A stretch of DNA of 64,000 nucleotides from assembly GCA_002290555.1 (NCBI GenBank), contig NEUK01000060.1, forward strand, positions 2,225 through 66,224, read 5' to 3'. The notes beneath the pieces were generated by a model that was not told the origin of the DNA, did no database searches, and worked only from the letters and a program-made list of their open reading frames with translations. This document shows positions 26,310 to 35,831 of the stretch, in pieces. The stretch's first letter is position 1; each line of letters begins with the position of its first letter. Both the position numbers and the translations under genes were made by a program. This stretch comes from Spartobacteria bacterium AMD-G4 (lineage in GTDB: Bacteria; Verrucomicrobiota; Verrucomicrobiia; Chthoniobacterales; Terrimicrobiaceae).

Positions 26310-27821
26310 CTAAAGCTGAGTAGCGAAATAGATCGTCACACCAGCTATGACGAGGATTGCAATACCGACATACATCCAAACGAGCGCTTGGTCGTTGATC
26401 GAATGACCCGAAGAAAGTCGGCTACGCGATTCTTGCGAGCTACGGATACGGCCCTTACGCAAGAAGCCATCATAATGTCGCTGAAGCAAATGCGTCTCAA
26501 CTTGGCGCATGGTATCCAAGACAACGCCAACGATGATTAAGAGACCTGTTCCACCGAAAAACTGGGATGTCATATAAGGCACCTGCAGGCTTTGGCTAAG
26601 GAGTTGGGGAAGAACCGCGACTGCAGTCAAAAAGATGGCGCCAGCAAAGGTGAGCCGTGTCATTGTGTAGTCCAAAAAGTCGGCCGTTGGCTTCCCTGGG
26701 CGAACACCGGGTATAAAGCCACCATATTTCTTAAGGTCATCGGCAATCTGAACAGGTTGAAATTGCGTCGCCACCCAGAAGTAACTGAAGAAGAAAATCA
26801 TCAGGGCGTAGAAAAGGTAGTGCAACCAACCGTAGGTGAGGAGATTTGAAAGGTCTTGAGCCCAACCCACTCCGGGAAAAGCCATGTTTAGAATTGTGGA
26901 AGGGAAGAGGAGGATGGCTTGCGCAAAAATGATGGGCATCACTCCTGCGTAGTTGATCTTCAAGGGCATGTATTGCGTCTGCCCTCCATAGACTTTACGA
27001 CCTACGACACGCTTTGCATATTGGACAGTAATCTTCCGCTGTGCTTGCGTAACAGCTATTACGGCAGCAATTACGAAAAAGAGAAACGCAATCATGAGGA
27101 CAAGCACAACAGGGCTTACAGTAGCTTGACCAGCGGTTGCTGCACTTGGAACAAATGTTCTCCATGCTTGAATGAGACCGGCAGGCAACTGAGCAAGGAT
27201 ACCCACAGTAATAATGATGGACATGCCATTGCCAATGCCTTTTTCGGTTAATTGGTCACCAAGCCACATGAGTAGCAATGTGCCAGCGGTCATTGTTATG
27301 ATTGTAACAAGCTGGAAACCAAAGCCGGGAGTCGTTACAAGTGGCATCCCAAGTTTATTGATGGTATCCATGATCCCGGGAAGAAAAGGATTCGCCTGCG
27401 GATTTTCAAAAGACTTCGACAGCAGATAAGCTTGAAAAACGCATAGCCCGATCGTTGCATACCGGGTATATTGCATGATTTTTTGGCGACCACCATCCTC
27501 GCGTGCCAATTTACCGAGTTGCGGAATGACAGCGGTGAGAAGCTGCAACATGATCGAAGCGCTAATGAAAGGCATGACGCCTAACGAAAAAATGGCACAG
27601 TTCGAAAGCGCTCCCCCACTGAAAAGGTTAAAGAGAGCAGCGACACCTCCGCTGGATGCAGCGTCGGCACTATCAAGAAACCATTGCCTGAGAACCTGGG
27701 CGTTAACACCAGGCGCAGTAATCGAAGATCCTGCACGGATTACAATTATCGCAGCAAGAGTAAAGAGAACCCTTGCACGGAGTTCTGGAATCTTGAAAAT
27801 GTTGGCGAAGGCGCTAATCAT
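26310..27821 (-). CDS. secY: Preprotein translocase subunit SecY (503 aa, with an extra C-terminal tail containing a hydrophobic segment)
   Basis: MISAFANIFKIPELRARVLFTLAAIIVIRAGSSITAPGVN...GVMPFISASIMLQLL...GGTGLLIIVGVVLDTMRQVETHLLQRHYDGFL, then the tail RKGRIRSSQESRSRLSSGHSINDQALVWMYVGIAILVIAGVTIYFATQL. Confidence 0.96.
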   Translation of the reverse strand: MISAFANIFKIPELRARVLFTLAAIIVIRAGSSITAPGVNAQVLRQWFLDSADAASSGGVAALFNLFSGGALSNCAIFSLGVMPFISASIMLQLLTAVIPQLGKLAREDGGRQKIMQYTRYATIGLCVFQAYLLSKSFENPQANPFLPGIMDTINKLGMPLVTTPGFGFQLVTIITMTAGTLLLMWLGDQLTEKGIGNGMSIIITVGILAQLPAGLIQAWRTFVPSAATAGQATVSPVVLVLMIAFLFFVIAAVIAVTQAQRKITVQYAKRVVGRKVYGGQTQYMPLKINYAGVMPIIFAQAILLFPSTILNMAFPGVGWAQDLSNLLTYGWLHYLFYALMIFFFSYFWVATQFQPVQIADDLKKYGGFIPGVRPGKPTADFLDYTMTRLTFAGAIFLTAVAVLPQLLSQSLQVPYMTSQFFGGTGLLIIVGVVLDTMRQVETHLLQRHYDGFLRKGRIRSSQESRSRLSSGHSINDQALVWMYVGIAILVIAGVTIYFATQL

Positions 27822-27842
27822 CTTGAGCTATTTGCATTACCA

Positions 27843-28307
27843 CTAAGACGCTGCTTCAACCTTTGGAAGGATGACTTGTCCGCCAGCTTTCTCGATCTTT
27901 TCGCGGGCAGTTGCACTCACCTCATCAGCTTCAACCGTAAAGGCTTTGGTCACTTCGCCACGGCCGAGGATTTTGATCCCGTCGAAACGACCCTTTACCA
28001 GACCAGCCTTGCGGAGAGTGGACTCGTTGATTATATCACCGGCTGAAAAGATTTTATCCAAGGAATCAAGATTCACGACGCCGTAAAATGTCTTGAAATC
28101 TTTGTTATTGAAACCGCGCTTAGGCAAGCGACGGTAAATAGGCATTTGACCACCTTCGAAACCGAGACGGATTGAACCACCCGAACGAGCTTTTTGACCC
28201 TTGTGGCCCTTACCGGAGGTTTTTCCTTTGCCGGAACTTTCACCGATTCCAAGGCGTTTACGGCGGTGTTTGGCACCAGGATTAGGTTTGAGTGTGTGAA
28301 GTCTCAT
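27843..28307 (-). CDS. rplO: 50S ribosomal protein L15
   Basis: MRLHTLKPNPGAKHRRKRLGIGESSGKGKTSGKGHKGQKARSGGSIRLGFEGGQMPIYRRLPKRGF... Confidence 0.97.
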   Translation of the reverse strand: MRLHTLKPNPGAKHRRKRLGIGESSGKGKTSGKGHKGQKARSGGSIRLGFEGGQMPIYRRLPKRGFNNKDFKTFYGVVNLDSLDKIFSAGDIINESTLRKAGLVKGRFDGIKILGRGEVTKAFTVEADEVSATAREKIEKAGGQVILPKVEAAS

Positions 28308-28312
28308 ATTGA

Positions 28313-28873
28313 TTAGGCGGCAACTGGTTCTGTCGGAGCGACGGCAACTTTAGGCCGTATTGTTTTGCCACGCAGACGGAAGACATCGTCTCTGAGGCGA
28401 AGTTGTGATAAGGCGGCAATGGTGGCTTGGACCACGTTAGCGTGGTTGCTGGAGCCAAGGGACTTGGCGAGAACATCACGTATTCCAACGGCTTCGAGCA
28501 CAGCGCGAACCCCACCGCCTGCAATAACGCCAGTTCCGGGCGATGCGGGACGCAGAAGAACGCGGCCTCCACCAAACTCACCGACCACCATGTGCGGAAT
28601 TGTATTCTCTTGAACAGCAATTTTAACCATTCGTTTCTTGGAGGCATCGGTAGCCTTACGGATAGCCTCACTGACTTCATTGGCCTTCCCAAAACCCACG
28701 CCAACTTTGCCTTTTTGATCTCCACAGACTATGAGAGCACTAAAGCTGAAACGACGACCGCCTTTGACAACTTTGGCGCATCGGTTGATGAAAACCACTT
28801 TCTCGGTGGTTTCTTTGGGTTCCCTTGGTGTATCAGAACGGGACTGTTTTCTATCTCTTGATTTCGGAGGCAT
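28313..28873 (-). CDS. rpsE: 30S ribosomal protein S5
   Basis: [49 protein letters not shown]...[31 protein letters not shown]. It has a basic N-terminal extension. Only 5 nt separate it from rplO, so there is no rpmD between them. Confidence 0.96.
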   Translation of the reverse strand: MPPKSRDRKQSRSDTPREPKETTEKVVFINRCAKVVKGGRRFSFSALIVCGDQKGKVGVGFGKANEVSEAIRKATDASKKRMVKIAVQENTIPHMVVGEFGGGRVLLRPASPGTGVIAGGGVRAVLEAVGIRDVLAKSLGSSNHANVVQATIAALSQLRLRDDVFRLRGKTIRPKVAVAPTEPVAA

Positions 28874-28885
28874 GATAAGTTCGTA

Positions 28886-29242
28886 TTAGAATTCAAAACC
28901 GCCCTCTCGAGCGGCGTCGGCAAGGGCTTTGACCTTACCATGGTATTTAAAGCCACCTCGATCAAAAACAACCTTGGTGATTTTGTGAGCGGCGGCCCGT
29001 TCGGCGATGAGCTTGCCGACTTCTGAAGCAGTGGCCACATTGGCCCTCGCGCCTGGTTTAGCACGAAGTTCAGCTTCAGTGGTGTTTACTGAAACAAGAG
29101 TCTTACCGATAGAGTCATCAATGACTTGGGCCGTGATATGGCGACCGGAAAAGTGAACCGCCAACCTCGGACGGGAGGGTGTGCCTGCAATCTTTTTACG
29201 CAGGCGGACATGACGGAATTTGCGTTTATCTGTAGCGGACAT
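28886..29242 (-). CDS. rplR: 50S ribosomal protein L18
   Basis: [34 protein letters not shown]...[28 protein letters not shown]. Confidence 0.97.
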   Translation of the reverse strand: MSATDKRKFRHVRLRKKIAGTPSRPRLAVHFSGRHITAQVIDDSIGKTLVSVNTTEAELRAKPGARANVATASEVGKLIAERAAAHKITKVVFDRGGFKYHGKVKALADAAREGGFEF

Positions 29243-29245
29243 GAT

Positions 29246-29785
29246 TTATTGGACTGTTTTGCCTTCCTTACGGCGGATTTGTTCACCAACGAAGCGGACG
29301 CCCTTACCCTTGTAAGGTTCTGGTGGATAATACGCACGGATATCTGCAGCGCACTGTCCGACGACCTGCTTGTCGATGCCTTCTATGGAGAGCTTTGTGT
29401 TCTCAGTAACCGTGACTTTGACGCCCTCGGGAATGTTAAATATGATGGGATGAGACTTTCCAAGGTTGAGGTTGAGCTTCTGACCTTGGACAGCGGCTTT
29501 AAATCCGACACCATGGATTTCCATGTCGCGCTTGAAGCCATCCGTAACACCCGTAATCATGTTTGATATCAACGAGCGGGAAAGACCGTGGAGGGCCTTC
29601 TGCTGACGATTTTCGCCCTCGCGAAGCACTGAAAGTTCTTCACCATCAAGTTTAGCACTGATCTTTGATGGCAGGGTCCAGTCGAGTTGTCCCTTTGGGC
29701 CCTCAACATTGACACTACCATTGGATGCCAAGGTGACTTTGACCTTTGGCGGGACTTTTATAGCTTGTTTTCCGATGCGTGACAT
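29246..29785 (-). CDS. rplF: 50S ribosomal protein L6
   Basis: MSRIGKQAIKVPPKVKVTLASNGSVNVEGPKGQL...YYPPEPYKGKGVRFVGEQIRRKEGK. Confidence 0.97.
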   Translation of the reverse strand: MSRIGKQAIKVPPKVKVTLASNGSVNVEGPKGQLDWTLPSKISAKLDGEELSVLREGENRQQKALHGLSRSLISNMITGVTDGFKRDMEIHGVGFKAAVQGQKLNLNLGKSHPIIFNIPEGVKVTVTENTKLSIEGIDKQVVGQCAADIRAYYPPEPYKGKGVRFVGEQIRRKEGKTVQ

Positions 29786-29789
29786 GTTA

Positions 29790-30179
29790 TTACCAGATGT
29801 AGGCGAGCAATTCCCCGCCGACTTTTTGTTTGCGCGCTTCGTGGCCGGTTAGAATCCCGCGAGAGGTGGAAAGAACCGCAATGCCCATTCCGCCGAGGAC
29901 GCGAGGAATTTCCTCTGCTCCCACATAGCGGCGAAGGCCAGGACGGCTTACGCGTTTCAGGCCGGTTATGGCGCTAGTTTTGTTGACGAACTTGGTTTGG
30001 ATTTTGATATTCTGGTGACCATCAACGGTTACCAGCTCAGTTTCTTTGATGTAGCCTTCCTTTTTGAGAACTTGGGCAATATCGCTTTTAAGCTTGGAGT
30101 AGGGTAGAGTGAGAGAGGCTTGCCCAGCTGCGGCAGAGTTGCGCAGGCGTGTTAACATATCAGCAATGGGATCGGTCAT
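29790..30179 (-). CDS. rpsH: 30S ribosomal protein S8
   Basis: MTDPIADMLTRLRNSAAAGQASLTLPYSKLKSDIAQVLKKEGYI...GMGIAVLSTSRGILTGHEARKQKVGGELLAYIW. Confidence 0.97.
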   Translation of the reverse strand: MTDPIADMLTRLRNSAAAGQASLTLPYSKLKSDIAQVLKKEGYIKETELVTVDGHQNIKIQTKFVNKTSAITGLKRVSRPGLRRYVGAEEIPRVLGGMGIAVLSTSRGILTGHEARKQKVGGELLAYIW

Positions 30180-30188
30180 ATCGTAGGA

Positions 30189-30785
30189 TTAAAGGGCTGG
30201 AGCTGTTGCGGATTTACTCTCAACCTGCTTTTTAGGTTTATCGGTGAAGGGCATGCCAAGCTCAGTGAGAAGGGACTTGGCTTCTGCATTTGTTGATGCT
30301 GTGGTGACGATGGTCACATCAAAACCAATATTCTTTTTGATACGATCGAGCTCAATTTCAGGAAAAATAGACTGGTCGGAAACGCCAAGTGTGTAGTTTC
30401 CTTGCCCATCGAAAGCGCGCGGAGAAATGCCCCTAAAATCACGAATACGAGGGAGAGCTGTTTTAATGAGGCGCTCCAAAAACTCATACATGATACGCCC
30501 ACGCAATGTCACCTTGGCACCAATGGGTTGCGCTTCACGAAGTTTGAAGTTTGAAATGGCTTTTTTGGCCATGGTCGTTACTGGGCGTTGGCCAGAGATC
30601 GTAGTGAGCTCTGTACGAGCAACTTCGAGGGACTCTTTGACATCTGGCGCAGATCCAATACAGGTATTGATAACGACCTTCGAGATTTTAGGGATCTGGT
30701 GAATGTTCGAATATCCATGCTTCTCTCGCAGCGCAGGAATGACACGGGTTTTGTAGTCGGTAAGGAGTTCGGGTTCTTGAATCAT
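30189..30785 (-). CDS. rplE: 50S ribosomal protein L5
   Basis: LLTDYKTRVIPALREKHGYSNIHQIPKISKVVINTCIG...RDFRGISPRAFDGQGNYTLGVSDQSIFPEI. Only 9 nt separate it from rpsH, so there is no rpsN/rpsZ between them. Confidence 0.97.
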   Translation of the reverse strand: MIQEPELLTDYKTRVIPALREKHGYSNIHQIPKISKVVINTCIGSAPDVKESLEVARTELTTISGQRPVTTMAKKAISNFKLREAQPIGAKVTLRGRIMYEFLERLIKTALPRIRDFRGISPRAFDGQGNYTLGVSDQSIFPEIELDRIKKNIGFDVTIVTTASTNAEAKSLLTELGMPFTDKPKKQVESKSATAPAL

Positions 30786-30798
30786 GGCTATGTACTAC

Positions 30799-31068
30799 TT
30801 ACGCGGCGTTTTTTGACTTCTTATCGTTGGTTGCATGTTCGAGCAACTTTACATTTGAGATATGAATAGGACCCTCGCGTTCAAGAATTGCACCGTTGGG
30901 ATGCTCTTGAGACTTGCGCTGGTGCTTTTTGATCATCCGCACGCCTTCCACAATGACTTGTAGCTTGGCTGCTTTAACTTCGAGAACTTTGCCGCTGGCA
31001 CCTCGGTGGTTGCCCGAGATAACTTGCACAGTATCGCCTCGACGAACATGGAATTTGACTTGGCTCAT
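30799..31068 (-). CDS. rplX: 50S ribosomal protein L24
   Basis: VRRGDTVQVISGNHRGASGKVLEVKAAKLQVIVEGVRMIKKHQRKSQEHPNGAILEREGPIHISNV. Confidence 0.96.
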   Translation of the reverse strand: MSQVKFHVRRGDTVQVISGNHRGASGKVLEVKAAKLQVIVEGVRMIKKHQRKSQEHPNGAILEREGPIHISNVKLLEHATNDKKSKNAA

Positions 31069-31433
31069 TATAGGACCTCCGGGGCTAAGGAGATAATCTT
31101 CATAAAATTCTTTTCACGCAGTTCACGGGCCACGGGGCCAAAGATACGAGTGCCACGCGGGTTCATGTCTTTGTCAATAATAACAATGGCGTTACTATCA
31201 AAGCGCAGAGCGGAACCATCTTCTCTTATTACTGGTTTTTTGGTGCGGACTACGACAGCACGGACAACATCACCCTTCTTTACTGTGCCACCAGCGGAAG
31301 CTTCCTTCACATTGGCTGTGATGACATCGCCGATACGAGCGACTTTAGTGGCTTTGCCAATGACACCAATCATTGTGGCCATTCGTGCACCGGTGTTATC
31401 GGCGACATCGAGGCGGGAGCGGATTTGAATCAT
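31068..31433 (-). CDS. rplN: 50S ribosomal protein L14
   Basis: [66 protein letters not shown]... Confidence 0.98.
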   Translation of the reverse strand: MIQIRSRLDVADNTGARMATMIGVIGKATKVARIGDVITANVKEASAGGTVKKGDVVRAVVVRTKKPVIREDGSALRFDSNAIVIIDKDMNPRGTRIFGPVARELREKNFMKIISLAPEVL

Positions 31434-31438
31434 AAAAA

Positions 31439-31723
31439 TTAGTGCTTTAGGACTTCGAGGAGACGCCAGCGTTTCGTTCGGCTTAGCGGGCGGGTTTCCA
31501 TAATACTCACGCGGTCACCAATCTGTGCTTCATTCTTTTCATCGTGAGCATGAAACTTGGTCACATGCTTTGTGATCTTCCCGAATTTGGGGTGAGGTAC
31601 GCGTGTGATTGCTCGAACAACAATGGTCTTGTCCATCTTGTTCGAAACGACTTCACCGACACGAACCTTGCGTAATCCGCGGGACTCGGCTTGTGTGGCT
31701 TCGAGAGTGTTTGTATCTTCCAT
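31439..31723 (-). CDS. rpsQ: 30S ribosomal protein S17
   Basis: [73 protein letters not shown]. Confidence 0.96.
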   Translation of the reverse strand: MEDTNTLEATQAESRGLRKVRVGEVVSNKMDKTIVVRAITRVPHPKFGKITKHVTKFHAHDEKNEAQIGDRVSIMETRPLSRTKRWRLLEVLKH

Positions 31724-31726
31724 TGA

Positions 31727-31930
31727 CTACTTAGCGGCTGTTTCCTGAGCCTTGCGGCTAAGAACGGTTTCGATGCGAGCAACATTCCGGCGAGCAACTC
31801 GAATGAGATGCGGCCTTTCGAGTTGGGAACTTTGTTGCTGGATGCGCAGAGTGAACATCTCTTCTTTGAGTTCCCGTTTGCGGGATAGGAGCTCCTTGGG
31901 CGTGAGTTCCTGAATTTCTTTGATTTTCAT
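31727..31930 (-). CDS. rpmC: 50S ribosomal protein L29
   Basis: MKIKEIQELTPKELLSRKRELKEEMFTLRIQQQSSQLERPHLIRVARRNVARIETVL. Confidence 0.95.
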   Translation of the reverse strand: MKIKEIQELTPKELLSRKRELKEEMFTLRIQQQSSQLERPHLIRVARRNVARIETVLSRKAQETAAK

Positions 31931-31938
31931 ATGTTCAA

Positions 31939-32358
31939 TTAGGAGGCGTGGTGGCGGGTAATGAATCGAGTGCGGAGTGGGAGTTTGTTTGCAGCCAACC
32001 TGAGAGATTCACGCGCAACTGTTTCTGAGATTCCATCCAATTCAAAAAGGATGTTACCAGGCCGAACAACAGCAACCCAGTATTCAGGTTGCCCTTTTCC
32101 TTTACCCATGCGAGTCTCTGGCGGGCGGGCTGTGACAGACTTGTCAGGAAAAATGCGAATCCATAGCTTACCCTTACGCTTCATATTGCGGGTCAAAGCA
32201 ACGCGCGCGGCTTCAATTTGTGTATTTGTAATCCAACCCCGCTCCAGCGTCTGTAGACCGAATTCACCGAAATCAATTGTGATGTTGCGTGAAGCGAGTC
32301 CCTTGCGGCTTCCCCGCTGGGTCTTGCGATACTTCACGCGTTTTGGCATTAATGGCAT
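31939..32358 (-). CDS. rplP: 50S ribosomal protein L16
   Basis: [57 protein letters not shown]... Confidence 0.98.
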   Translation of the reverse strand: MPLMPKRVKYRKTQRGSRKGLASRNITIDFGEFGLQTLERGWITNTQIEAARVALTRNMKRKGKLWIRIFPDKSVTARPPETRMGKGKGQPEYWVAVVRPGNILFELDGISETVARESLRLAANKLPLRTRFITRHHAS

Positions 32359-32393
32359 AGATTTATCCTTTTACTTAAGATTCAGTTCGTGCT

Positions 32394-33107
32394 TCAGGCT
32401 ACATGCGGCTCACTGGCGGCAACTGGTGCCGATGGCGCCGATGGCGCCGGCTGCCGAGGATCTTGGGGCTTCTCTTGAACTTCCTCAACCTTCTTACAAA
32501 TCCAGCATTTGACGCCAATCTTGCCAGCGATTGTCTCAGCCTCCGTAAACCCGTAGTCGATAGGCGTTCTGAGTGTGTGAAGTGGCACTTTACCTTCATG
32601 GTAACGCTCAGTGCGAGCAATTTCGGAGCCACCAAGGCGCCCTGCGACGCGAATTTTGATACCAAGAGCCCCTTGCTCCATGGTGATTTGAACAGCACGC
32701 TTCATTGCACGGCGAAACGAAATACGCCGCTCGAGTTGAGAAGCTACATTTTCTGCAACCAACTGGGCATCCAGATCGGGATTTTTGACCTCAACAATAT
32801 CAATTTTAACCTGCTTGCCGCCAGCAAGATCGCTCACTTCTTTTGTGAGGCCTTCGATTTCCTGACCTCGACGACCGATAACGACACCTGGGCGAGCGGT
32901 ATGAATGGTCACACGAACACTGTTCCATGCCCGCTCGATAACGATCCGGGAGATAGCCGCCTGCTTGAGCTTACGTTTTAAAACGTTGCGTATTTTATCG
33001 TCGGCAATGAGGTAGTCTGCAAAATCTTTACGAGAGGCATACCAGCGCGAGCCCCAATCACGAGTGATGGGGAGGCGGAATCCGATTGGGTTAACTTTTT
33101 GTCCCAT
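32394..33107 (-). CDS. rpsC: 30S ribosomal protein S3 (with a Pro/Ala-rich C-terminal tail)
   Basis: [44 protein letters not shown]...[31 protein letters not shown]. Confidence 0.98.
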   Translation of the reverse strand: MGQKVNPIGFRLPITRDWGSRWYASRKDFADYLIADDKIRNVLKRKLKQAAISRIVIERAWNSVRVTIHTARPGVVIGRRGQEIEGLTKEVSDLAGGKQVKIDIVEVKNPDLDAQLVAENVASQLERRISFRRAMKRAVQITMEQGALGIKIRVAGRLGGSEIARTERYHEGKVPLHTLRTPIDYGFTEAETIAGKIGVKCWICKKVEEVQEKPQDPRQPAPSAPSAPVAASEPHVA

Positions 33108-33109
33108 GA

Positions 33110-33586
33110 TTATTCCTTAATATCCGCAGCTTTGGCGGAGTCTTCTGTTGGTGTTGTTGCCGTGACTTGAGCTACTGAAGCTTTATTCTTGGCGGAAGGT
33201 TTGGTGTTTGACGATTTTTTGCTCTTGGGCTTATCGCTACGTCGGACGATCTCAATCTCATCTGTGAGAGTGACACTGATATGGCTTGTGCGCTTGCGGA
33301 TGGGACCAGCACTGCCACGAGCTTTTGGCTGAAACCGCTTCAGCGTTGGCCCCTCACCTACGACAGCCTCTTTGACGACTAAATCGCCCGAGTTAAGTTG
33401 ATTGTTATTCTCTGCATTAGCTATGGCGCTTTTGAGAGTTTTCAGGATGAGACCTGCCGCCTTTTTGGGTGTGAAACGCAAAAGGTCAAGGGCGTCGGTG
33501 GCCGGCATTCCTTGAATAGCGCGTGTAACCTCACGTGCCTTGAAGGCAGAGATTTTAGCAAACCTATGAATCGATTTTACCTGCAT
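33110..33586 (-). CDS. rplV: 50S ribosomal protein L22 (with a Lys/Ser-rich C-terminal extension)
   Basis: [61 protein letters not shown]...[18 protein letters not shown]. Confidence 0.97.
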   Translation of the reverse strand: MQVKSIHRFAKISAFKAREVTRAIQGMPATDALDLLRFTPKKAAGLILKTLKSAIANAENNNQLNSGDLVVKEAVVGEGPTLKRFQPKARGSAGPIRKRTSHISVTLTDEIEIVRRSDKPKSKKSSNTKPSAKNKASVAQVTATTPTEDSAKAADIKE

Positions 33587-33604
33587 TTTATTATGTGTTT
33601 TAAA

Positions 33605-34390
33605 TTATTTGAGAGCTTCAACTTTGAGTTGATCTCCTTTTTCAATACGGAGCTTTTCTGAAGAAAGAGATTGAATCACGCCACCGGATATTTTTTCCCG
33701 GACATCTACTATTTTAATACTGTTGATGAGTTTACCTTTTCTTAAAACTTGGAATGGCATGCCAAGTTTGACCCCGTGTATTTTACCAATGTTAACAACA
33801 ACGAGGGAGATTTCCCCTTTCGTATCGATTACCAATCCATCATTTAAACTGGAGGTCAAAGAGTTGGGAGAGGCTTGAAGCGAAGACGCGAGCAACTCGC
33901 TTGTTTTTCGCATCTCGGTTTCCACCAGCATTCGGGATTGCGGGTTGCTGTCTTTGGCGGTGAGCAGTAGCACTTGGATGGCCTCGTGTAAGAGCAACAA
34001 TTGATTGCGAGTAGACTCATCACTGCTTTTGAGAACTCTTAATTCCTGAAGACATTCCAGCATCCGCTTTTCAATAGCAGAACGATCTTCTGCTCTTGTG
34101 GTCAGGCTAAAGACTTCAAGTTTTTGGCGTGCCTCCTCAAGTTCCCTACGCGATGCCTCTGCACTATTTCCCATTTCTGCGACTGTCGCGGTCAGCGCAG
34201 AAATGGTCGTTTCGGCCAAAAGGAGTTTCTCCTTCAAGGCACCAATAGTATTAGAATCGGACTCCGAAGCTTTTGCTTTGGAGTATCCTATTCGTGATTC
34301 AAAATCTGTCAAAGATCGGTCATCCTCCGCCGGTGCTTGGATAAGCAGTGGCAGGATGATGAGTGCTGCCGCCGTGGCGACAACCCTCAT
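33605..34390 (-). CDS. Hypothetical secreted coiled-coil protein with a beta-rich C-terminal module, embedded between rpsS and rplV
   Basis: 261-aa ORF on the same strand as the operon, 4 nt after the rpsS stop and 18 nt before the rplV start. Signal peptide MRVVATAAALIILPLLIQAPAEDD, a long helical E/L/S/T-rich middle, and a C-terminal GLVIDTKGEISLVVVNIGKIHGVKLGMPFQVLRKGKLINSIKIVDVREKISGGVIQSLSSEKLRIEKGDQLKVEALK. I recognise no family. Confidence 0.75.
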   Translation of the reverse strand: MRVVATAAALIILPLLIQAPAEDDRSLTDFESRIGYSKAKASESDSNTIGALKEKLLLAETTISALTATVAEMGNSAEASRRELEEARQKLEVFSLTTRAEDRSAIEKRMLECLQELRVLKSSDESTRNQLLLLHEAIQVLLLTAKDSNPQSRMLVETEMRKTSELLASSLQASPNSLTSSLNDGLVIDTKGEISLVVVNIGKIHGVKLGMPFQVLRKGKLINSIKIVDVREKISGGVIQSLSSEKLRIEKGDQLKVEALK

Positions 34391-34394
34391 GGGT

Positions 34395-34673
34395 TTATTT
34401 GGTCACTTTTGCGGTGTGAGAACCGTGTTTCTTAAAGATTCGCGTTGGAGAAAATTCCCCCAACTTGTGACCCACCATGTTCTCAGTAACAAAAACAGGT
34501 ATGAAAGTTTTGCCGTTGTGCACATTGAAAGTGTGGCCTACAAAATCTGGGGTAATTGTGCTACGGCGGGACCAGGTTTTGATCGGCTTCTTGCCACCCG
34601 ATTCATTCATTTTATCGATCTTGTCGAGGAGTTTCCACTCGACGTATGGGCCTTTTTTAAGTGAGCGTGCCAT
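34395..34673 (-). CDS. rpsS: 30S ribosomal protein S19
   Basis: [74 protein letters not shown]. Confidence 0.98.
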   Translation of the reverse strand: MARSLKKGPYVEWKLLDKIDKMNESGGKKPIKTWSRRSTITPDFVGHTFNVHNGKTFIPVFVTENMVGHKLGEFSPTRIFKKHGSHTAKVTK

Positions 34674-34682
34674 ATTTAGTTT

Positions 34683-35531
34683 TTAGCTTTTAGCTTTAGA
34701 TTTACGACGCTGAACGATGAATGTGTCGCTTGGTTTGTGTTTTCGCCGAGTCTTAAAGCCCTTGGCAAGTTGACCCCAAGGTGACATAGGATGGTGGCGA
34801 CCACCACCGCCTTTGCTCTTGCCTTGTCCGCCACCCATCGGGTGATCGACTGGGTTCATGACCATGCCACGAACATGTGGGCGGATGCCAAGCCATCGGC
34901 TGCGGCCTGCCTTACCGGAGGACACATTCATGTGATCGGAGTTGCCAACTTGGCCAATTGTGGCGTAGCAGTTTTCGTTGATCCTACGAATTTCACCGGA
35001 AGCCAGTTTGACCAGCGCATGGCCACCTTCGCGGTTGGCGAGAACAGCCACTGAACCTGCGCTCCGGACGATCTGACCGCCACGGCCTGGAATGAACTCG
35101 ACATTGTGAATAGATGTTCCAAGAGGAATCACTTTGAGGGGGAGGGCATTCCCAACTTTCGGCTCTGCACCTTCGCCAGCCATGATTTTGTGACCCACCT
35201 CGAGTCCGACAGGAGCGAGAATGTAGGATTTCTCGCCGTCTTCATATTTGACAAGCGCGATGCGCGCTGTCCGGTTGGGATCATATTCAATAGCAATAAC
35301 TTCAGCAGATAAATCACGGCGACTGCGCTTGAAGTCTATGATGCGATAACGGCGTTTGTGCCCACCTCCAACATGTCGCATCGTGATGCGGCCTTGGTTG
35401 TTTCTACCACCAGTTTTTTTGATTGGCTCGGTGAGCTTTTTCTCGGGCTTACTCTTGGTAATCTCGGCAAAATCCGGCAGCGCTTTAAAGCGCGCGGATG
35501 GCGTGAGAGGTCGGAAAGTTTTAATGGCCAT
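34683..35531 (-). CDS. rplB: 50S ribosomal protein L2
   Basis: [16 protein letters not shown]...[28 protein letters not shown]...[40 protein letters not shown]. Confidence 0.98.
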   Translation of the reverse strand: MAIKTFRPLTPSARFKALPDFAEITKSKPEKKLTEPIKKTGGRNNQGRITMRHVGGGHKRRYRIIDFKRSRRDLSAEVIAIEYDPNRTARIALVKYEDGEKSYILAPVGLEVGHKIMAGEGAEPKVGNALPLKVIPLGTSIHNVEFIPGRGGQIVRSAGSVAVLANREGGHALVKLASGEIRRINENCYATIGQVGNSDHMNVSSGKAGRSRWLGIRPHVRGMVMNPVDHPMGGGQGKSKGGGGRHHPMSPWGQLAKGFKTRRKHKPSDTFIVQRRKSKAKS

Positions 35532-35543
35532 GATCTGATTTTT

Positions 35544-35831
35544 TTAAACGAAGTCGAGTTTCTCGCCGTCTTTAAGCGTCACAATTGCTTTTTTCCAACT
35601 TGCTTGGCGTCCAAAATCCGCACGGCGCTCGCGTTTCTTTTTGCCTGCATAGTTGGCAGTGTTCACATCGGCCACTTTCTTCTTAAAGATGACTTCGATA
35701 GCGCGCTTGATCTGAAGTTTGTTGGCAGAAGGTCGGACTCGAAAAACATACTTATTGAGTTTTTCGGACAGCAAGGTTGCCTTTTCTGTCAACAGAACAG
35801 TTTCTATGTGGTCGTAAATTTCGGTATTCAT
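35544..35831 (-). CDS. rplW: 50S ribosomal protein L23
   Basis: VLLTEKATLLSEKLNKYVFRVRPSANKLQIKRAIEVIFKKKVADVNTANYAGKKKR...WKKAIVTLKDGEKLDF. Confidence 0.96.
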   Translation of the reverse strand: MNTEIYDHIETVLLTEKATLLSEKLNKYVFRVRPSANKLQIKRAIEVIFKKKVADVNTANYAGKKKRERRADFGRQASWKKAIVTLKDGEKLDFV

